A stretch of DNA of 64,000 nt from Candidatus Marinacidobacterales bacterium (GCA_965219415.1 OZ244742.1:192001-256000); one strand, 5' to 3'. Positions 1 through 10,455 are shown, numbered from the stretch's first letter. Notes: a model not told the origin generated them from the letters alone. Program-made: numbers and translations.

Positions 1-17
1 TTGTTCCATGGCTGATC

Positions 18-290
18 CTAATATCGAACTCCGAAACCCTGAAGGTCAACGTCCACCGGAACCGTCTTCATCGAAAGCTCCTCGACCTTTGCAAATCGCG
101 GGCCCTCGCGAAGCTCCTGGCAAAAACTCTCGAGCGTTTGTTCATCCGCTTGAGCCAGGACCTCCACCGCGCCCTCAGGGAGGTTTCTGACATATCCGGC
201 AACCTCTAGCTCAGAGGCTCGCTTCTCCGCAAACCACCGAAAACCAACCCCCTGAACCCGGCCGGAAATGAGGATATGTACCGCCTTCAA
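18..290 (-). CDS. acyP: Acylphosphatase
   Basis: Motifs ISGRVQGVGFRW and GYVRNLPEGAVE; start trimmed to TTG at 290 (ORF track 18..317). Confidence 0.92.
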   Translation of the reverse strand: MKAVHILISGRVQGVGFRWFAEKRASELEVAGYVRNLPEGAVEVLAQADEQTLESFCQELREGPRFAKVEELSMKTVPVDVDLQGFGVRY

Positions 291-458
291 ACCATCGACT
301 CGACTGCACAGGGCCACCGCCCCGTCAGCCAGCCGTAGACGTTACACCAGGGCCCCCTTCGGGACAACTCTAACGCCGTGACCCATTGCCAACACCTTGA
401 AACCTCTTCCTAAATGCATTACTGTCCCAACTCTTTGGTCCAATCCGCGAGGGTCAGC

Positions 459-1241
459 GTGGCCTTTTTCAAGAAAAACAAGGCTCAAGACGACTTCTAT
501 AACGAGCTCATCAAGAGTCGGCGCGACACCCACCTCTTCAGCTGTGGCTACAGTGAGAGATTCGACCCATTCCTTTTAGATCAGAAACCGTTCCTAGCCC
601 GAGTGTACGAGGATCTCTTCGCGACCCTTTTTCCCAACAAAGTGACGAACATTCTGGACGTGGGATGCGGCACCGGACTCTATTGGCCCGTTCTCGCTCG
701 ATACGGCGAAGACATCTCCGGCATCGATTCCTCGGAATCGATGATCGGCGAAGCGAAACGCCTCGTCACCGCCAAGAATTTGGACCACATCACCGCGTCC
801 GTCCAGAACAGTGGCGATATTCAGTTTCCGGACGGTACCTTCGATGTCGTCCTATGCGTCGATGCACTTCATCACATCCCGCAGCTGGGAAAGGCAGTTG
901 GCGAGTTCCACCGTGTCCTCAAGCCGGGAGGCCGCTTCTTGGCGGTGGAACCCAATATGTTCAACCCCCTAATGTTTCTCGCTCACCTCATCCCACCCGA
1001 GGAACGCTATGGCGTCGTCCGAAGTTTCGGCCCGATATTGAGGAGCGTATTCCGCTCTTACTTCGACAACATTCGGATTCGGTACGTCAACTACGTAGCG
1101 AGCGCCACGTCGGAAGAACAGCTCCAGCGCGTCGAGTCCTTCGGGAATGTCCTGGTCCGAATACCGATTCTAAGGGCCTTTTCTCTCCGCCAAACGCTCA
1201 GCATGACGAAGCGCTCTGCCCCCACATTGTCATCCGCCTGA
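459..1241 (+). CDS. Class I SAM-dependent methyltransferase
   Basis: ILDVGCGTG motif I, FPDGTFDVVLC, LHHI, RVLKPGG; GTG at 459 after GAGGG (ORF 414..1241). Confidence 0.85.
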   Translation: MAFFKKNKAQDDFYNELIKSRRDTHLFSCGYSERFDPFLLDQKPFLARVYEDLFATLFPNKVTNILDVGCGTGLYWPVLARYGEDISGIDSSESMIGEAKRLVTAKNLDHITASVQNSGDIQFPDGTFDVVLCVDALHHIPQLGKAVGEFHRVLKPGGRFLAVEPNMFNPLMFLAHLIPPEERYGVVRSFGPILRSVFRSYFDNIRIRYVNYVASATSEEQLQRVESFGNVLVRIPILRAFSLRQTLSMTKRSAPTLSSA

Positions 1242-1267
1242 GGCGGCTGATAGACTCCGATTTGGAA

Positions 1268-3220
1268 ATGGCCAAGAAGCAATCTGGCGGCAAGAAAACC
1301 GGCGGTGTCGCGGCGGCGATTGGGAATTCCCTTCTAACCGACGACGACCTCTATCTCTTTAACGAAGGGACTCACTCTAGACTCTACGAGAAGCTGGGCT
1401 CTCACCTACGCACTTTCGACGGAAACGACGGTGCCCAGTTCGGCGTGTGGGCATCCGATGCGACATCGGTCTCAGTGATGGGAGACTTCAACGATTGGAA
1501 CAAATCGAGTCACCCACTGGCTCCTCGTTACAAAGCCGGCATATGGGAGTCCTTCGTCGCCGGGGTGAAACCGGGCACGCATTATAAATATCACGTCGTT
1601 TCCCGGCACCGGGACTATCGTGTCGACAAAGCCGACCCCTTCGCTCACCTTCAGGAGATGCCGCCGCGAACGGCATCGCTGGTATGGGATCTCGACGTCG
1701 CTTGGGGAGACGAACAATGGATGGACACGCGGCGCGAGCGTAACGCGCTCGACGCTCCGATGGCGATCTACGAAGTCCACCTGGGTTCTTGGCAACGGAT
1801 ACCAGAAGACAACAATCGCTCGCTCAGTTACCAAGAGCTGGCCACTCGGCTCGTGGACTACGTCAAAGAAGTTGGGTTCACGCACGTCGAGCTCTTGCCG
1901 GTCATGGAGCACCCGTTTTTCGGCTCTTGGGGTTACCAAACGACCGGCTACTTCGCCCCTAGTAGCCGTTTCGGTACACCCCAGGACTTCATGCACCTCA
2001 TCGACGCGCTCCACCAAAACGACATCGGCGTCATCCTCGATTGGGTTCCCTCCCATTTCCCCGCCGACCAACACGCCCTCGGGTTCTTTGACGGCTCCCA
2101 TCTGTTCGAGCACGCCGATCCGCGCCAAGGTATTCATCCCGACTGGGACAGTTTCATTTTCAACTACGACCGCAACGAGGTACGCAGCTTTCTGGTCAGC
2201 AGCGCTCTTTTCTGGCTCGAGAAGTACCATGTCGACGGATTGCGAGTGGATGCCGTCGCTTCGATGCTCTATCTCGACTACTCGCGCAAGGACGGCGAGT
2301 GGATTCCGAATGAGTTCGGTGGCAACGAAAACATCGGTGCCATTGCGTTCCTCCGTCACTTCAACGAAACTGTCTACCGAGCGCATCCCGACGTCCAGAC
2401 CGTGGCCGAGGAGTCGACTGCGTGGCCTATGGTCTCCCGACCAGCCTACCTAGGAGGACTGGGCTTCGACCTCAAGTGGGACATGGGATGGATGCACGAC
2501 ACGCTGAAGTATCTCTCCCGCGATCCGGTGCACCGCCCCTTTCATCACGACCAACTGACGTTTCGTATGGTCTATGCGGCAAACGAGAACTTCGTTCTTC
2601 CGTTATCCCACGACGAGGTCGTCCACGGCAAGGGTTCGCTCCTGGGTAAGATGCCCGGGGACGATTGGCAAAAGTTCGCCAACCTGCGCCTGCTCTTCGG
2701 TTACATGTACGGCCAGCCTGGCAAGAAGCTTCTCTTCATGGGAGGTGAGTTCGGTCAGCGGGGCGAATGGGATCACGACGGTTCGCTCGAGTGGCATGCG
2801 CTCGATCACCCGTTACACGCCGGACTCCGTTTGTGGGTCGGCGACCTGAACCACTTCTACCGCACGGAAGCCGCTCTTCATGAACAGGATTGCCAAGCCG
2901 CTGGATTCGAATGGATCGATTGCACCGATACGCAACAAAGTGTCATCGCCTTCGCTCGCCACGGACGGCCTGCTGAGGACACTGTGATCGCGATCTACAA
3001 CTTTACTCCGGTACCACGGCCAAACTACCGCCTTGGCGCTCCCCGCTCCGGACGGTGGAAAGAAGTCTTGATCAGCGACAGCGACCATTACGGCGGCAGC
3101 GGGCAAGGCAATTTAGGTGGGCTGGAAACCCAACCGATTCCCCTCCATGGTCGCCCTCAGTCATTGAATCTCACTCTGCCCCCACTGGCCGCGATCTTCC
3201 TGAAAAGCGACAACCCCTGA
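1268..3220 (+). CDS. glgB: 1,4-alpha-glucan branching enzyme (GH13)
   Basis: IYEVHLGSW, SWGYQTTGYFAP, DGLRVDAVASMLY, AEEST, LPLSHDEVVHGK; ATG at 1268 within ORF 665..3220. Confidence 0.96.
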   Translation: MAKKQSGGKKTGGVAAAIGNSLLTDDDLYLFNEGTHSRLYEKLGSHLRTFDGNDGAQFGVWASDATSVSVMGDFNDWNKSSHPLAPRYKAGIWESFVAGVKPGTHYKYHVVSRHRDYRVDKADPFAHLQEMPPRTASLVWDLDVAWGDEQWMDTRRERNALDAPMAIYEVHLGSWQRIPEDNNRSLSYQELATRLVDYVKEVGFTHVELLPVMEHPFFGSWGYQTTGYFAPSSRFGTPQDFMHLIDALHQNDIGVILDWVPSHFPADQHALGFFDGSHLFEHADPRQGIHPDWDSFIFNYDRNEVRSFLVSSALFWLEKYHVDGLRVDAVASMLYLDYSRKDGEWIPNEFGGNENIGAIAFLRHFNETVYRAHPDVQTVAEESTAWPMVSRPAYLGGLGFDLKWDMGWMHDTLKYLSRDPVHRPFHHDQLTFRMVYAANENFVLPLSHDEVVHGKGSLLGKMPGDDWQKFANLRLLFGYMYGQPGKKLLFMGGEFGQRGEWDHDGSLEWHALDHPLHAGLRLWVGDLNHFYRTEAALHEQDCQAAGFEWIDCTDTQQSVIAFARHGRPAEDTVIAIYNFTPVPRPNYRLGAPRSGRWKEVLISDSDHYGGSGQGNLGGLETQPIPLHGRPQSLNLTLPPLAAIFLKSDNP

Positions 3221-3222
3221 GA

Positions 3223-4515
3223 ATGAGCGAGGGGCAAGAACGCTACATCTGTATCCACGGCCACTTCTACCAGCCGCCGCGCGAGAATCCCTGGCTGGAG
3301 GCCATCGAGGCTCAGGATTCCGCGTACCCCTATCACGATTGGAACCAACGCATCACCGCTGAGTGTTACGAGCCGAACACCGTCTCTCGCATCCTGGATA
3401 GCGACGATCGCATCATCAAGATCGTCAACAACTACGCCAAGATCAGCTTCAACGTCGGTCCGACGCTACTCGCGTGGATAAAAGACAACGCCGCGGAAGT
3501 CTACGAAGCGATTCTGGCCGCGGACCGGGAAAGTATGAGTCTCTTCTCGGGACATGGCTCGGCTCTCGCGCAAGCTTACAACCACACGATACTTCCCCTC
3601 GCCAACCGCCGTGACAAATACACGCAGATTCTCTGGGGCATCCGCGATTTCGAGTACCGCTTCGCCCGCAAACCGAAAGGGCTGTGGCTCCCGGAAGCCG
3701 CGGTCGATTCGGAAAGCCTCGAGATCCTCGCCGAACTCGGGATTCAGTTCACCATCCTCGCTCCCACCCAAGCGCGGCGGGTCCGGAGAATCGGCGGCAG
3801 GAATTGGCGCGATGTCGAGGGCGGGGGCATCGATCCCACCATGGCGTACTTGCAACGGCTTCCGTCCGGTCGCTCGATAACACTCTTTCTCTACGATGGC
3901 CCGATTTCCCGTGCCGTCGCGTTCGAGGCCCTGCTTTCACGCGGGGAGACTTTCGCGCACCGACTGGTGGGCGCTTTCTCCGACCAACGAACCTGGCCTC
4001 AACTCGTACACGTTGCCACCGACGGAGAGACCTATGGACACCACCATCGTCACGGCGACATGGCCCTCGCTTTCGCGCTCGATTACATCGAGCGCGACGA
4101 GTTGGCGCGCCTCACGAACTATAGTCAGTACTTGGAAACACATCCTCCAACACATTCGGTCGAGATCTTCGAGAACACCTCCTGGAGTTGCGCGCATGGT
4201 GTCGAACGTTGGCGATCAGACTGTGGGTGCCATACCGGCGGCCAGGCTGGATGGAATCAGGGCCGGCGCGCTCCGCTTCGGGAGTCTCTCGATTGGCTTC
4301 GCGACCAACTCAACCGCCTCTACGAGGAGAACGCACAACACTTACTCCGCGACCCCTGGGCGGCTCGCGATGATTATATTTCGATTGTCCTCGACCGTTC
4401 CCGAGACAACATCGACCAGTTCCTGGGCCGACACGCCGTTTGTTCTCTCGAAGACGCCCAGAAAACCGAGGCGCTCAAATTTCTGGAGCTCGAGCGACAT
4501 GCGATGCTCATGTAC
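3223..4515 (+). pseudogene. GH57 / DUF3536 glycoside hydrolase, C-terminally truncated
   Basis: IHGHFYQPPRENPW, WLPEAAVD, ATDGETYGHH, SWSCAHGVERW; family resemblance stops at LERHAMLMY; ORF runs on to 4614 in unrelated sequence. Confidence 0.8.
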
Positions 4516-5128
4516 CAGAGTGGACGCGAAGGTATCTCTGGCTGCGATTATTGCGAGGCTCGACCCTCAAAAGGGCTTCGATCTCTTGCTCGAGGCGGCC
4601 CCGGAAATCCTTGAATTGGGAATTCAACTCGTTCTACTGGGGAGCGGGCAGCTCCGCTACCTGAAGGACTTCGCAACGCCCCAGGAAAGGTTCCGAGGAC
4701 AGGTAAGCGTCAACAAGGGGTTCGACAAGCAGCTGGGGAGGCGCATTTACGCGGGGGCGGACCTGTTCCTGATGCCTTCACGTTACGAACCGTGCGGGCT
4801 GGGCCAGATGATCGCGATGCGTTATGGGACGATTCCGGTGGTGCGGCGCACGGGTGGTCTGGCGGATACCGTTGTGGATTTCGATCAAAATGAGGAAGTG
4901 GGCAACGGCTTCGTCTTCGACGAATTTGAAGCTACCGCACTCGTCGATGCGATCACGAGAGCGGTGGCCCGCTTTGGGGATGGAAAAATTTGGCCGGGTT
5001 TGATTCGCCGAGCCATGACAGCCGACTTTTCTTGGGAGAAGGCTTGCCAGCGTTACTTGGAAGTCTACGCGCTGGCGATGAGCAAGGCCCGGGGAGAGCA
5101 GGGTCCCCGAGCCCGCTCTTCGAATTAG
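4516..5128 (+). pseudogene. glgA: Glycogen synthase, C-terminal half only
   Basis: RLDPQKGFDL, IYAGADLFLMPSRYEPCGLGQMIAMRYGTIPVVRRTGGLADTV, DFSW in the frame of ORF 3896..5128; no KTGGL N-domain and no start. Confidence 0.85.
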
Positions 5129-5567
5129 GCCGCCTTGGGAAGCAACTTGCCCCCGTCCAGCCGAGTAGACCCCATATGGAACCGATTATGCTATTGGCGA
5201 CGAGCCCGCCGACACGAGCCAGGACGGCTGGCCCCATCGCGACGGCTTCGGTTTGGTTGAGGGCCGTAGGATGGTTGAAATAGGTCTCCGCGCCAACCAA
5301 ATAGGACACCAGGGTCGCCGCGAAGATGAGAACCTGGCCACATAGTGCGATGGTCAGACCCAGTAACGCCGCCTGTTTCAAACTGTAGCCTCGGAGGCGT
5401 CGTGAGAAGGCGCCGAAAAAGAAGGCCGACACCCAGGCAAGAGACACCATGCTGACGATCGTGCCGCTCTGGTACGGGACCCCGGTTGCTCCCAAGATGA
5501 GCCGGGCGATCATGAAGAGCACTAGCAGAAGGATTGGAAGCTTGGCAAAGCGAATGTATTCCGACAT
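5125..5567 (-). CDS. Hypothetical ~4-TM membrane protein, probable 1-nt frameshift near the 3' end
   Basis: Hydrophobic ORF 4953..5567 with GGAGG SD; one extra G in the run at 5150-5154 gives WTGGKLLPKAA-stop at 5125-5127, abutting the glgA stop. Confidence 0.6.
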
Positions 5568-5685
5568 CAGAACCTCCGGTCAAATTTAGCGCGGAGCTTA
5601 TCACAATCCGAGCGTCGGGCAAGGACAGTCTATGCTTCGAGCTCGGGAGTGCGGAGAAGGGGGTTCGCCGTGTGTGGCTAGCGGC

Positions 5686-6618
5686 TCAGTCCGTCTTCAA
5701 GAAATCGAGGACCACTCGATTGAGCTCGCTCGGTTTCTCGAGGTTGATCATGTGTCCAGCCTCCATGATCAGGACTTTCTTGGCTCCCCTTATGCCTTCT
5801 TGGAGTCTATCGACATTCTCGTGTATGGCGCCGTGGTCTCGCTCTCCGACGATGATGAGCGTGGGCGCCCCGACCTCGACGAGCCGCTCATCGGCGGGGG
5901 GGTCGCCGGGCTGCATGAGCCTCACATAGGCGAAGTCTGAATCGAAGAGTTGAGTGTTCTCGGAAAGGATCTGGCTCATCTTCTGCCGCGCCCGGGCTTG
6001 CCCCGTCGTCGGCATACTCGGATCGGCGAGAATCAGCTGGATCGCCTTCGCGGCGCCCTCCTCCTTCGCAACTTTCGAAAGCTCGCCAAGCGCGGGTGCG
6101 ATTTCATCCTTCCAACTACTGAGTCCGGGAGCAATCAAGATGAGCTTCCGCACCACCTCAGGGTAGGTGAGCACGAAATCAATGGCCACACCCCCGCCGA
6201 ATGAGAAACCGAGAACGTCGGTCTCCTGGATGCCCAGGAATTGCAACAACGCGTACAAGTCTTGCTCATGCGAGAAAGGGCCGTTGGGGAGATCTGATTT
6301 GCCAACTCCTCGAGGGTCGTATCGGATGACCTGTCGGTCCTCGGCGAATACCGCGAACTGTTCGTCCCATAGCCGCATGTCGAGGCTACCACCGCTGATG
6401 AGCACCAGCGGCTCGCCGGTTCCCTTGACATCGTAGAACAGTCGGGTCCCGTTGACTTCCGCGAAGGCGCCCTCGGCGGGTTTGGAAGCGGATTATTCGG
6501 TATCGTCCGCTGGGTCGTCTTGACTCTCGGATGCTGGGTTCGAACCGCAACCCCAGGTAACGAGCAACAGGGCGAGGGTCCACCGAGTGAGCAAGTTCGA
6601 AACGAGCTTCAAGAACAT
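5686..6618 (-). pseudogene. Alpha/beta hydrolase lipoprotein with an in-frame TAA
   Basis: GFSFGG nucleophile elbow, YDPRGVGKS, EAGHMIN; the in-frame upstream segment (lipobox-like TWGC) is separated from AEVNGTRLFYDVKGTG by TAA at 6493-6495. Confidence 0.8.
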
Positions 6619-6730
6619 TCCATCAGTTCCTTCTGAGCTCTCCGGGCAACGAACTATAGCCTCTCGGCTGCGGGGGCCGCAGGCCAAACCCTTCAATCCT
6701 TTGGAATTACCAAGTGGGTGGCACTTGGTA

Positions 6731-7543
6731 TTAAGGCTCTTCGACGTCCACGGTCAGGATGAGCACCTGCTCGTTACTCAGATGTCGTTTTCCCCCGCCA
6801 TCGAGGCCGATCCGCTGGTCCGTCGTGTCGTTCGACATTTCTGCAAATACCACCATCTCGCCAGGGGTCACGGTGAGCGATGTCTCCGCCGCCGTGTACT
6901 GTAACCTATCGTCCTCGTCCAAACGCCCCGCGAAGGGCCGCAGGTCTAGCCGAACTCTATCATCGGCCAGGACCGACGCCGACACTTCGAAACCCGACTC
7001 GACCGGGACCAGTACGCCGGCACCGTAGTAGGGCTCATATATAAAAGGAAACGCCCCGCCGGTGCGTATCATCCCCGAGCCACCTTCGAGCATCTTGAGC
7101 GAGGCCTTCGAGTTGCCACGTCGGGTGACGCGTGTTGCATTCGCAGAAAGTCGGACACCCTCCCCGGGAAAACCCAAGGTTCCAATTCGCACCGGCCCGA
7201 TCGAAGTCTTCCACGCCACCTGTGCTTCGAGGATGTCGAGCTCCCTGCCCTCCTTCATCTCGTACCTCACGACCACGTGTCGAAGTGGTCGGTCGAGCGT
7301 CTCGAGGAGGGCAAGGGTTTTGCTTATCGCCTGTGGCGTTCCGTTCAAGATGAGTGTTGCCGTGCGGGTGTCGAGAACCACTTGCCCATTCGGGCCCATC
7401 GCACCCTCGGCGATTGCCACCAGGTCTGCGGCGAGCCGGTGTTTTGCGCGGTACGTCTCGATGGTCTGGCCGGTGGTCGTGCGGACCATCGCGTTGAGCA
7501 CGAGGAAAGCGATCACCAACGAGTAAACCTTGAAGATTTTCAT
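6731..7543 (-). CDS. Short secretin-like (NolW/secretin-N domain) exported protein
   Basis: Signal peptide; N-domain pattern VVLDTRTATLILNGTPQAISKTLALLETLDRP; beta-rich C-terminus (VESGFEVSASV..VRLDLRP). Confidence 0.65.
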   Translation of the reverse strand: MKIFKVYSLVIAFLVLNAMVRTTTGQTIETYRAKHRLAADLVAIAEGAMGPNGQVVLDTRTATLILNGTPQAISKTLALLETLDRPLRHVVVRYEMKEGRELDILEAQVAWKTSIGPVRIGTLGFPGEGVRLSANATRVTRRGNSKASLKMLEGGSGMIRTGGAFPFIYEPYYGAGVLVPVESGFEVSASVLADDRVRLDLRPFAGRLDEDDRLQYTAAETSLTVTPGEMVVFAEMSNDTTDQRIGLDGGGKRHLSNEQVLILTVDVEEP

Positions 7544-7567
7544 GTGTGAGCTCAATCAAATAATAGC

Positions 7568-7757
7568 ACCTTGTTGCGCCCAAAACTCGGGTAGATCCCT
7601 GACGTCGAGGAGTTCCCTACTACCCTCAATAACAGGCCGCCGTTTTTACCGGCGCTGCCTGTTCGACTGGCACCGCGACCCTCCGCTGGCAGCTTCGCCG
7701 GCGCAGAGAATTCGAACTTGTTGCGCCCCAAAACCTTGTTGCACCCAAAACCCGGGT
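7568..7757. repeat. Three direct copies of a CTTGTTGCRCCC(C)AAAAC motif
   Basis: accttgttgcgcccaaaactcgggt (7568-7592) vs accttgttgcacccaaaacccgggt (7733-7757), 23/25 identical; shorter copy at 7717-7734. Confidence 0.8.
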
Positions 7758-8142
7758 CATCCGCTCCAGTCCAGGAGTACCGCACCGCGGTCGATAGCAG
7801 GCCACCGTTGCTTGAGAGCAACCGCGTGGTCCATTGGCCGCTGTAACCTTCGGGTGGCAACTTGTCGGCCCGTTCCTGTTTGGCCGATCCCGGAAAGCTT
7901 GGCTGGAGCGGAGAATTCAACACACAGGGATTTCCCCAGCCCCTCATCTAAAAGGCGACGCGCAGTGGACGTGAGGCCGGCTTCGCGTTGGCAAACGCGC
8001 CTCTTTTCCTTACTATATTCATATCCAACTTAGTTTCGGTCTCACCCGCAACACGACCATTTAACGAATGTGGAGGGACTGGTGTACGCCAGGCCTTCGA
8101 CACAAAGGGGTAGCTGCCTAACGCACGGCAGTGGAGGTCGAA

Positions 8143-8912
8143 ATGCGCGGCAAACTCACGATCCTTGCGTTGGCTCTGGGGCTGTTGGGGATGAACGGTT
8201 CTATGGACCGGCTAGACCTCATAATCCTGAGCCCCGACAACAATTTCACCAAGGTGGTTGAGCAGGACGTCGCCATCAGTCAATCGGGCGGTTCGGGACC
8301 TCTCCTCGGAACCAACTTCGAATTCTCCTGCGGCGCCTGCAAGGTCGCGACGTTCGATGACGCCACGACCCAGATTGGCAGCGGAATCCGTATCTGTGGC
8401 GTGCGACCCCAAGACCTCGTTACCAGCGAAATGTTGATATGCGGACGAAGCACGCTGACGGGGAACCGATCCAACGTGGATCTCGAGACTTGGCGCAGCG
8501 GATTTTCCGGCTGCGTCGACGCCAATGGCGGCCGAAGCTGCCCGCTTCGGGGGGCTTCACCTCCTACGTGCGCCGGCCGCTCCTCTGTGATCCACTTCGC
8601 GGGCTTACCCAGAAGGTTCAAGAACTGAATCTCCACAAAGGAACCGCCAACGGTTTGGTGAAAAAGCTCAGAGTTGCCGGACGGGCGCTTTGCGACCCTA
8701 ACCCCAACAACGATCGCGCCGCGGCCAACGCGCTCCGGGCTTTCATCCATCAAGTTGAGGCTCAGCGTGGAAAGAAGATCCCCGCCATTCTCGCAGAGCT
8801 GGATCTCCCGTCGTCCGATCACGACTCGGACGACGGCTCGAAGGACTCTGGTTCGAAGGATTCTGGCTCGAAGGACTCCAAGAGCGATGGCTCATCGGAT
8901 GATGACTCGTAA
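8143..8912 (+). pseudogene. Frameshifted secreted Cys-rich protein with FIMAH-like C-terminal domain and Ser/Asp tail
   Basis: GGAGG SD + ATG 8143 with signal peptide (ORF 8131..8628); ORF 8439..8912 carries GTANGLVKKL...ALRAFIHQVEAQRGKKIP. Confidence 0.5.
8835..8879 (+). repeat. 3 x 15-bp tandem repeat encoding GSKDS
   Basis: ggctcgaaggactct / ggttcgaaggattct / ggctcgaaggactcc. Confidence 0.9.
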
Positions 8913-8983
8913 GCACAAAGGTAAACGGGGAAAGTAGAGTCAAACCGGGGAAGGTGTGAGGCGCCGCGTTGCGCCGTGCGAAA

Positions 8984-9060
<77 letters not shown>

Positions 9061-9075
9061 ACTTCTCGAACTAGC

Positions 9076-9675
9076 CTACAATAGATACCTTACCACGAGG
9101 AACCCTCCAAATAGGAGCACGAAGAAGACGACCGTCAAGAGGTTGAAATAGCGATCGATGAAGACCTTGATGCTTGGGCCAAAGAACCAGATGAGCGTCG
9201 CCACGCCGAAGAACCTGAATGACCGACTCATGATCGAAGCCAAGACGAAAGGGCCCAAACTGATCGAAAAGACTCCGGCTGCCACCGTAAAGACTTTATA
9301 GGGGATCGGAGTGAGGCCCGCCGCAAAAATGGCCGCAAAAGCGTTCGCCTCGTACTTGCCTTGCACGACTTCGAAATTGTGAGGAGTGAAGCCCATCGGC
9401 CCCAAGTATTGAAAAAAGAACTCCCCCACTAAGTGCCAAGCCCAGGCCCCGATCGCATAGCCGAGTAGTCCACCGGCAACGGAGCAGACCGACGTCACCG
9501 CGGCGAAAAAGATCGCCCGCTTCGGTTTCGAAAGTGAAAGCGCTATCAGAAGCGGGTCCGGAGGGACCGGAAAAAAGGCCGATTCCGCAAAGGACAGCAG
9601 GCCCAAGGCCGGCGTCCCGTAGGGCGTTTCAGCCCAATGCATGACCCAATCGTAGAGACGACGAAACAATTTCAT
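9076..9675 (-). CDS. DedA/YqaA family membrane protein
   Basis: SFAESAFFPVPPDPLL, GLTPIPYKVFT. Confidence 0.9.
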   Translation of the reverse strand: MKLFRRLYDWVMHWAETPYGTPALGLLSFAESAFFPVPPDPLLIALSLSKPKRAIFFAAVTSVCSVAGGLLGYAIGAWAWHLVGEFFFQYLGPMGFTPHNFEVVQGKYEANAFAAIFAAGLTPIPYKVFTVAAGVFSISLGPFVLASIMSRSFRFFGVATLIWFFGPSIKVFIDRYFNLLTVVFFVLLFGGFLVVRYLL

Positions 9676-9690
9676 AGCCGGAAGGGCGTC

Positions 9691-10455
9691 TTAGCTACTG
9701 CGGTCAGCGGGACCGCCGTTCCAGTTGAGCCCCCAGGAGGCAAGTTCATCCAAAGCCTTGTAGTTCGTGAAATCGATGTGGAGAGGCGTCACTGAGATCA
9801 AGTTATCGTGCACCGCCGCGATATCGGATATGCCGTTTCGCCCCCGGCGGCCGAAGCCCCCCTTGAGCCAGGAAAATCCGCGCGACTGCGCGGACGTACG
9901 CTTTCCGAAATCGGCCCGAGGATCGCCGCTCCCCTGGTTCGTGATCCGAATGCCCTCGACGTCGCCGGCCGGCACGTTCACATTGAGGAAGGTATGGCGT
10001 GGTAACTTCTTCCGCGTGACGATTTCTGCGAGTTGCACCGCGAACTCGCTCGCGGTTCCAAACTCCTCTGACGTTTTCGACGCCAAAGAGACGGCGAATG
10101 ACGTGATGCCGAGCATCGCCCCTTCCATGGCACCCGCCACGGTCCCAGAGTACGTAACGTCATCGCCTACGTTGGCGCCGCGATTGATACCCGAGACCAG
10201 CAAGTCGGGACTGTACGGCAGGAGAGTCCTCACCGCAATGTTCACGCAATCGGTGGGGGTACCCTCGACCGAGAATAGCCTCTCCTCGAGTTGTTGGTAC
10301 CGCAAAGGCTCGGAGAGCGTGAGCGCATGGCTCACTCCGCTGACTTCGCGGGCCGGTGCCACCACGACGACTTCGCCTAACTCGGCGAGCCTTTCGGCAA
10401 GGGCATGGATTCCGGGGGATTCCACACCGTCGTCATTCGTCACAAGGATTCGAAT
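9691..10455 (-). CDS. surE: 5'/3'-nucleotidase SurE
   Basis: RILVTNDDG, GTPTDCV, SGINRGANVGDDVTYSGTV; apparent start is ATT at 10455 (ORF track starts at GTG 10443). Confidence 0.93.
   Translation of the reverse strand: MRILVTNDDGVESPGIHALAERLAELGEVVVVAPAREVSGVSHALTLSEPLRYQQLEERLFSVEGTPTDCVNIAVRTLLPYSPDLLVSGINRGANVGDDVTYSGTVAGAMEGAMLGITSFAVSLASKTSEEFGTASEFAVQLAEIVTRKKLPRHTFLNVNVPAGDVEGIRITNQGSGDPRADFGKRTSAQSRGFSWLKGGFGRRGRNGISDIAAVHDNLISVTPLHIDFTNYKALDELASWGLNWNGGPADRSS

Noticed and set aside
7568-7757. CRISPR mini-array
   Set aside because: Spacers of ~124 and 0 bp, only three copies, no cas genes
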